A stretch of DNA of 5,000 nucleotides from Takakia lepidozioides (taxonomy: Eukaryota; Plantae; Bryophyta), in NCBI GenBank assembly GCA_030704615.1, contig JAKLZA010000173.1, forward strand, positions 1-5,000, read 5' to 3'. A program made the translations under genes and the position numbers. The notes under the pieces are model-generated. The model worked only from the letters and a program-made list of their open reading frames with translations, was not told the DNA's origin and made no database searches. Shown piece by piece: positions 1 through 5,000 of this stretch. How positions within the stretch are numbered: the stretch's first letter is position 1; each line of letters opens with the position of its first letter.

Positions 1-400
1 TGAAATGGTTCCGTAGGCATTGTAGGATGCAAGCCATTTTCCAGATCTCTGCAAAGGTCCTAGCCTCTGACATTCATCACAACTCTGACAATACTTGTGT
101 ACATCTTTGAACAAAGTAGGCCACCAGTAACCAGCATGTAGTATTTTCCTGCTGGTAGTCTCTTCTCCAAAATGACCTCCTGCCACTCTTTTATGAACTT
201 CCTCCAAAACTTTATTACTTCATGGTGGTATAAGCATCGTTCAGCACTCCATCTGGTCCTAGCTTATACATTCTGCTCCCTACCATAGTGTAAGGTAGAG
301 CTTGATAGCAATTCTCTTTCCTCTGCTCCTTTCCATAACTTGGTGGGCACTGACCATGAGCAAGGTAGTATCTGATTGGCCACTGCCAATCTAACCAGTC
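1..400 (-). pseudogene. pol: Integrase N-terminal region with HHCC zinc-binding domain; catalytic core lies beyond the left edge
   Basis: DWQWPIRYYLAHGQCPPSY...MYKLGPDGVL/RCLYHHEVIKVLEEVHKRVAGGHFGEETTSRKILHAGYWWPTLFKDVHKYCQSCDECQRLG.../LHPTMPTEPF. His at 193-195 and 172-174 and Cys at 79-81 and 70-72 give H-X6-H-X30-C-X2-C. Confidence 0.93.
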
Positions 401-484
401 ATCTGCACTTCCCTGCACCTCCACTGCAAATAGACTCGCATCTGGTAATCGATCATCTACTCCTGTGGCTAGTTCTCCTGTTGA

Positions 485-846
485 TAACCGTGACAAGTGA
501 TCCGCCACAAGATGCAGTCTCCCAGGCTTGTAAACAACCTCGAACTCAAATTCGTGCAAGATTATCAACCATCTTGCTATTCTTCCGCTTATCAGAGGTT
601 TGTTACCAGGTATATCAGAGCCTGGTGATCCACATAGAACATAAACTTCTTGCCCAACAGGTAATGCCTGAATTTCTTCACTGCATAGATCATTGCCAAT
701 GCTTCTCTTTTCCGTTGTGCTATAATTCTTTCGGCATTGTTCATCAACGGCTAGCATAGTACACAGGTGAATCTATCCTTCCTGTTACATTTGGGCTAAC
801 ACTGCTCCTAGTGCTTCTCCTGATCATCACAGTGAACATGAAATAT
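485..846 (-). pseudogene. pol: Ty3/Gypsy-type RNase H domain of pol, frameshifted
   Basis: FHVHCD/SGEALGAVLAQ/...PVYYAS/LMNNA/KNYSTTE/REALAMIYAVKKFRHYLLGKKFMFYVDHQALIYL/NKPLISGRIARWLIILHEFEFEVVYKPGRLHLVADHLSRL. Acidic catalytic residues are present: D at 826-828, E of the (E)RE motif, D at 628-630, and D of ADHLSR. Confidence 0.93.
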
Positions 847-1089
847 TACCTGCCAGTGAGGGTAATCAGCACAGGTGTAGTTGTTACTGACAATGTAAGT
901 TCCTCAAAAGCCTGTTGACATTCAGGTGTCCATGCAAAACTGCATCTTTCTTCAGAAGTTTGCTCAATGGTGCTGCTATCTGTGCATACCGTCTGACAAA
1001 TCTTCTGTAATAACTGTTTGTCCAAGGAATCTCCTTAGACTCTTAACATTCACTGGTGGTGGAGAGGCTTTAATGCCTCTATTTTCCTG
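847..1089 (-). other. RT thumb/connection (RT-RNase H tether) region, frameshifted
   Basis: PPPVNVKSLRRFLGQT/YYRRFVRRYAQIAAPLSKLLKKDAV/AWTPECQQAFEELT...TPVLI matches the Gypsy FLG..GYYRRF...A.PL..LL....W...CQ.AF pattern. Confidence 0.9.
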
Positions 1090-1930
1090 GGATCCACAAG
1101 AAGTCCCCTCTTACACACAATGTGTCCCAGAAGCACCCCTGAGTTCACACAAAAGTACACTTCTCTGGATTCAGGCCCAGACCTCTCATCCTGCATCTGG
1201 CCAGACATAACTCCAATTTATGTAAGTGCTCATTCTTAGAGCTGTACACACTGAAATCATCCAAGAATACCTGCATGAAATCATCCAGATACTCATGAAA
1301 AGATTCACTTATCACTCTCTGAAAGGTCGCTGGTGCATTACAAAGTCCAAAGGGCATGACTTTGTATGCATAAGCCCCCCAGTCTGTGATGAAAGCTGTT
1401 TTTCCTTGGTCTTCTTCTGCCACTTGCACTTGATTATAACCACTGAAGCCATCCATGAATGAGTACATCTCATGGCCTGCCACAGTGTCTAATACTGCTT
1501 CTGTGAATGGCAAAGGGAAAGGATCTTTCTTCGTACAAGCATTCAGCTTCTTGTAGTTCACACAAACTCTTAGTTTACCATTCTTCTTGGGAACTATCAC
1601 AATGGGTGACAACCAAGTTTGTATACTCTATTGGGTATATAAACTTAGCCTCAGCCAACTTCTTGATCTCTTCTCCAACCTTCTGTGCGTAGTTGGGATT
1701 CATTCTGTACTTGCCTGCTTGATTGGTACTGACCCTGGTTCCAGTTCAATCTTATGCTGACAGATTTCAGGTGTATCCCTTTTAATCCTCATAGCTCAAA
1801 GCAAATACATCTCTGTATTTGATGAACAAACTCTTAGCTTCTTCAAAGAATTCGGCTCCAAATCAGCTCCTACCTTCACCATCCTCGGTTCCTCTTTAGT
1901 TCCCACATTCACTTCTCTCACTTGCTCATC
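1090..1930 (-). pseudogene. pol: Reverse transcriptase domain of pol (core intact in ORF 1145..1612; flanks frameshifted)
   Basis: EVNVGTKEEPRMVKVG.../KYRDVFALSYED/.../PEICQHKIELEPGSVPIKQ/KYRMNPNYAQKV...FIYPIEYT/WLSPIVIVPKKNGKLRVCVNYKKLN...KDPFPLPF...MDGFSGYNQ...KTAFITDWG...MPFGLCNAPATFQR...VFLDDFSVYS...LNPEKCTF/VNSGVLLGHIV...VDPRK. The catalytic FLDD is at 1256-1267. Confidence 0.97.
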
Positions 1931-2289
1931 AGCTGTGATTGTCCAAACCAGTCACCATTTCATCCTGTAAGCTCACAGTGGCTGGTTCCTCTAGGATTTC
2001 ATTTCTCCTTCTTTTCTTCATAGAAATGTGATGGGTAAATGCTGGTTTCCTCTTCAATCGGTGTTGTTGACACTACACCACAGCAGATACCTCTTAAACA
2101 ACTTAGGCTTCCAGCCGCATCTCTGCAACCTGCTCCCACTCTGGGTGTGCAGCAAATAGGGTAGCTTCCTGCTCCTCATCCCAGTCCTCCTCTCCAGTCA
2201 TACTCTCTGACTCCTCGAGGTCTTCTTGTAGCAGGTAATCTACTAGATTTCTTTGTGGTAATTTGTATCTCGTGTATCCCATTATGCAC

Positions 2290-2644
2290 GTTAGTAACTG
2301 AGAATTCCAGTCATGGAATACCCTGGCCTGTTTCAGCCACGGACGTCCCAATAATAAGGAGTAAGCCTCCATGACTTCATCCACTTCAATACAGTTACTG
2401 TGATCATAAAGATCATTTCTGTATCTGTATCTTAACTCCTCTTATTAATCCCAATGGCTGTACACTTCTTTGATCTGCCATTGTTACTGTAAATGGGGCT
2501 GGTTTCATGTTACTTAGACCAAGCTTCTTCCTTAATTGGTCTGTCATGATATTTACTCCAGAACCCTCCATCTATCAGTACATCAGTTAGTTCTGTGCTT
2601 CCAATTCTCAATTGGATTACTGGCATAGAATCATCAAAGTCCAT
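2290..2644 (-). pseudogene. pol: Aspartic protease (retropepsin-like) domain of pol, frameshifted
   Basis: MDFDDSMPVIQLRIGSTELTDVLIDGG/SGVNIMTDQLRKKLGLSNMKPAPFTVTMADQRSVQPLGLIRGVKIQIQ/MIFMITVTVLK/DEVMEAYSLLLGRPWLKQARVFHDW. The catalytic Asp codon is at 2570-2572 and the LLGRPWL motif is near 2330-2355. Indels are at about 2565 (+1), 2418 (-1) and 2385 (-1). Confidence 0.92.
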
Positions 2645-3129
2645 GACTGTTCTCGCCCTTCCGCTTCACATTATAACTGGTCACCTTGCTGTTCAGGTCT
2701 GTTTTCTTGTCTCCTGGGCAATTCGATTGATTGCTTGATACAGCCTGTGCCTACAATAAGGTGCCACAGCCAATAGCTGTCCAATGTAATTCTCTTTGGT
2801 CTGGCATATTACTTCAGCAGCAAGTCTCTTTCATTACTTTGCATGTCTGCATCTTCTTTCTTCCTTTCATCCTCACTCACTTCTTCTTCTCCATCAGAAT
2901 CAGAGGAATCTGCCACAGGAATATCAGTACTCTTCTGCATTTCCCTTATGGTATCTGCCACTTCCTTGTGCAGTTCCTTCTCATCTCTCCAAGCCTCATC
3001 ATCTTCAGGCATATCACTGCCACCTTCATTATCATCATCTTCCTCAACTACTGGAGGTATTAGTTTGGCTTTGCTTCTTGTTACTATCATTGTACTTACT
3101 TCTGGTACAACACATGGCCTAACCATGTG
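2645..3129 (-). other. Gag-protease linker: VTRSK motif, highly acidic tract, then a GQLLAVAP segment; frameshifted
   Basis: ORF 2809..3168 reads IVTRSKAK...EEDDDNEGG...DSSDSDGEEEVSEDE. A shifted frame continues RLAAEVICQTK...GQLLAVAPYCRHRLYQAI towards the protease. Confidence 0.6.
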
Positions 3130-3195
3130 AGCTGCCACCACTGGGCCCTCATTCACAGGAGCTCTCATCTCATTCTGGTGTCTAATCCAGAATGA

Positions 3196-3237
3196 ACAGG
3201 CTGCCTTGCGATGTCCTGGCTGATTACAATAGTAACA
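3196..3237 (-). other. Third CCHC zinc knuckle (not shown in the ORF track)
   Basis: tgt tac tat tgt aat cag cca gga cat cgc aag gca gcc tgt = CYYCNQPGHRKAAC, an exact C-X2-C-X4-H-X4-C. It is in frame with, and just upstream of, ORF 2809..3168. Confidence 0.93.
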
Positions 3238-3305
3238 TAGTTCTTCACCATTGGGTCCTCGCCCTTGGTCTGCTCTTGGATTATTTCTGTAATCCTGATT
3301 CCCGG

Positions 3306-3377
3306 CTGGTAATTCCCCCTTGGATTACCCTGATAGTTGCCTCTGGAATTTCCTTGGTAATTCCCTCTTGAATTACC
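3306..3377 (-). repeat. Three in-frame 24-bp tandem repeats encoding GNSRGNYQ-GNSRGNYQ-GNPRGNYQ
   Basis: Minus-strand units: ggtaattcaagagggaattaccaa | ggaaattccagaggcaactatcag | ggtaatccaagggggaattaccag. Confidence 0.9.
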
Positions 3378-3511
3378 TCTCCCTTCCATGCCATTGTTAT
3401 AACCACCAGGCCTACCATAGTGGTCCTGATCACTGTTTCTTCTTGGCTGGGGCTGCACTTGATGCACCCTTACTTGCCTAGGTTCTCTGCTGCTGTCCTT
3501 CTGTTGTAGTA

Positions 3512-3613
3512 ACAATTCTCAGTAGAATGGTTATCCATTTTACAGATAGTACAGTGTTTCTCCTTCATGTGGCATTCAGTGGTGGTATGGCCTTCATTCT
3601 GGCACTTTGCACA
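3512..3613 (-). other. Two tandem CCHC zinc knuckles (nucleocapsid)
   Basis: CAKCQNEGHTTTEC (3613-3572) and CTICKMDNHSTENC (3553-3512) are both exact C-X2-C-X4-H-X4-C, separated by 6 aa (HMKEKH). Confidence 0.95.
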
Positions 3614-3809
3614 CCAAACACCCTTCCTCCAATGTGTTGCAGCCTCTGTGGCATACTTCTTCAAGATTTCTTCTAATCTTTTCTCATAGTTATCCCTCTT
3701 CAACTTCTCCTTTCTCTTACTCTTCCTTTTCAGTTCTTGCTCTTCTTCTTCATCTGACTCATCCTCAGAGTCCTCATCATCCCTTTTCTCTCTCCTGAGC
3801 ATTCCCAAT

Positions 3810-4275
3810 TGCTCAATTCTGTTTGCAGTTTCAAATGCCTCCTCCACTGTATTATGGGGTAACATATCCACTTTCTTTTGCAACTCTGGTCTTAGTCCAC
3901 TCACAAACCAAGTCTTCTGTAAACCTGGTGCTGGTACAGCAGCCAGCTTTTTCATCATCAATTCCATCTTTTCCATATACTCCTCAACAGTTTCATGCTT
4001 CTTTTGCTTTAACTGTTGTAAACTTCCATACACTTCATCCTCAGTTTTACTTGTCCTGAACCTATTTCGGAATGCTGTATTCGAGCCATTCCAGGTTAGG
4101 AAATGATTATCAGAAATCTTGCATACCATTCACTTGCTTTCTTGATAAGTGAACAAGGAAACAATCTCATCTTGGCATCATCGCCATTCTCATTGTTCAC
4201 TATTCACATGTGCTCAAATTGGCTAATGTGTACATCGGGATCCCCTTTTCCTGAATATATTGGAAAAGGTGGTTT
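3810..4275 (-). other. Retrotransposon Gag capsid domain (Retrotrans_gag-like) with major-homology-region-like motif
   Basis: DPDVHISQF...LFPCSL...ASEWY...TW...F...F...LKQKKHETVEEY...WFVSGLRPEL follows the usual Ty3/Gypsy capsid pattern (W..F..F, then Q-X3-E-X4-Y, then F..GL). Boundaries approximate. Confidence 0.85.
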
Positions 4276-5000
4276 TGCCCGTATTGGTTGTAACGCCATC
4301 TGTGGCCCTACCTTCTGCCCACTGACAGGTACTTGCACCCTTGCTGGTGCTGGTCCTTCAGGACCTGTTGTTGTTGTGATGGATATTCCACCAAGTGGTG
4401 GCCCTTGAGCACTCTCTGCTACTAGCCCCACGATATTCACAGTATTCCCAGCTCCAGTTGCACTACTTCCCACACTCCCTGTCCCCCCAGAGCCAGATCC
4501 AGGCAGCCCGCCTGATCCCCTTGAGCCGACACCTTCGTTGGCCTGTGATCCAAGTGCTCCACTTGATCCAGGTCCAACGGGTTGCAATGTCCTGGTTGTA
4601 GTCTCAACCTCAGCTGTTGGGTCTACGTCTTCATACTCTTCCTCTTCCAATTTCTTCTCTCTATTTTCATCCTCCAAGTTCTGCCCTTGGGTTTCTTCTT
4701 CACTCATGTAACTCAACTGCAATGGTGTTGGAGAGTCTGAACTCTCCGTTGGCTCTGCCACATCCTCTTCTCTTTCTTCACCTTCCGCTTCAAAAACTGG
4801 AGTTCTTGCTTTTGGTGTTCCATGCCAACTCTTATCAAAGATTTCTGTCAAATCTTTTATCCAGGGATGTACCTCAGATCTTTCACCTCGTGATTGATCT
4901 TCTTCCCGTACCAATTCCCTTAATCTTTCTTGCAAAGAACAAGAAGGAGTGACATCCAATTCTAGTTCTTCCGGTATGGGTGATGTACTCTCTGATCTTA

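Larger units (their letters stand above)
3130..4998 (-). pseudogene. gag: Gag polyprotein (N-terminal extension, capsid, nucleocapsid), interrupted in this sequence by one TGA and at least 3 frameshifts; 5' end outside the window, 3' boundary approximate
   Basis: The frame of ORF 4204..4959 stays open to 4998 (RSESTSPIPEELELDVT...). It reads ...PPFPIYSGKGDPDVHISQFEHM*IVNNENGDDAKMRLFPCSLIKKASEWYARF across the TGA at 4204-4206. A 1-nt loss near 4113 then leads into ORF 3470..4129 (DNHFLTW...F...F...LQQLKQKKHETVEEY). Shifts near 3495 and 3302 lead into ORF 3165..3515 and then the frame of ORF 2809..3168. Confidence 0.9.
1..5000 (-). mobile_element. Ty3/Gypsy LTR retrotransposon, internal gag-pol region (plant non-chromovirus, Athila/Tat-related); both ends lie outside the window
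   Basis: Minus-strand domain order is Gag, CCHC knuckles, PR, RT, RNase H, INT. Integrase after RNase H is diagnostic of Ty3/Gypsy rather than Ty1/Copia. Motifs LIDGGSGVNIM, KDPFPLPF, VFLDDFSVYS, ADHLSRL and GGHFG...GYWWPTLFKD match plant non-chromovirus elements. Confidence 0.97.

Noticed and set aside
605-757. N-terminal part of ORF 215..757 (MLAVDEQCR...GSPGSDIPG) as real protein sequence
   Set aside because: It is mostly off-frame. The RNase H motifs (EALAMIYAVKKFRHYLLG, VDHQAL) are in neighbouring frames and join this ORF only briefly at KNYSTTE and again from about 604.
1145-1612. RT as part of a retron, DGR, group II intron, LINE or caulimovirus
   Set aside because: Gag with CCHC knuckles, PR, Ty3-type RNase H and an HHCC integrase in Gypsy order identify an LTR retrotransposon. 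Caulimoviruses lack integrase, and bacterial RT systems lack these domains.
376-1692. Plus-strand ORFs 376..759, 926..1210, 1226..1462 and 1507..1692 as independent genes
   Set aside because: They are antisense shadows of RH/RT coding sequence with no recognisable motifs.
1981-2053. Short direct repeat gctggtt(t)cctct at 1981 and 2041
   Set aside because: It is only 12-13 nt and imperfect, and it corresponds to EEP/EET codons. There is no sign of a target-site duplication or inserted element.
2731-3130. Three overlapping plus-strand ORFs (Ser-rich, His/Leu-rich, Phe/Ile-rich) that look like membrane or low-complexity proteins
   Set aside because: They are the reverse complement of GAA/GAT-rich acidic codons, which yields TTC/TCA/CAT runs with few stops. 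This is a compositional artefact.
3306-3377. CRISPR-like or regulatory repeat array
   Set aside because: The units are contiguous with no spacers, a multiple of 3 in length, and diverge at third codon positions, so this is a coding repeat.
4195-4206. Programmed stop-codon readthrough at the TGA in gag
   Set aside because: The 3' context is ATAGTG, not a CARYYA- or CUAG-type signal, and the stop lies inside the capsid rather than at the gag-pol boundary.
3607-4952. Plus-strand ORFs 3607..3798, 3823..4059, 4103..4408, 4395..4601 and 4617..4952 as an antisense gene
   Set aside because: They are short, lack motifs and lie opposite gag; antisense openness is explained by the codon bias of the minus strand.
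1-5000. LTRs, primer-binding site, polypurine tract, env-like ORF, chromodomain
   Set aside because: Coding sequence runs off both edges of the window, so these would lie outside it. None is visible here.

Overview
The whole window is the internal part of one Ty3/Gypsy (Metaviridae) LTR retrotransposon on the minus strand. Read from 5000 to 1, it contains: a long acidic and Gly/Ser-rich Gag N-terminal region that is open to the window edge; a Gag capsid domain; three CCHC zinc knuckles with a GNxRGNYQ repeat between the second and third; an acidic linker; aspartic protease (LIDGG-SGVNIM); reverse transcriptase (FLDD); RNase H; and the N-terminal HHCC zinc finger of integrase, which runs off the left edge. 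No LTR, PBS or PPT is in view. The motifs point to a plant non-chromovirus (Athila/Tat-related) element, and from memory they most resemble elements of seed-free plants; that last point is inference. By manual frame-tracking against family motifs, the polyprotein is broken by roughly 25-30 single-base indels, mostly deletions and many in short homopolymer runs, but only one clear nonsense codon. This looks more like unpolished long-read error on a young, near-intact element than like natural decay. I see no evidence of a wholly new biological system. The most notable details are the hidden third zinc knuckle, the synonymously diverged peptide repeat and the long Gag N-terminal extension.
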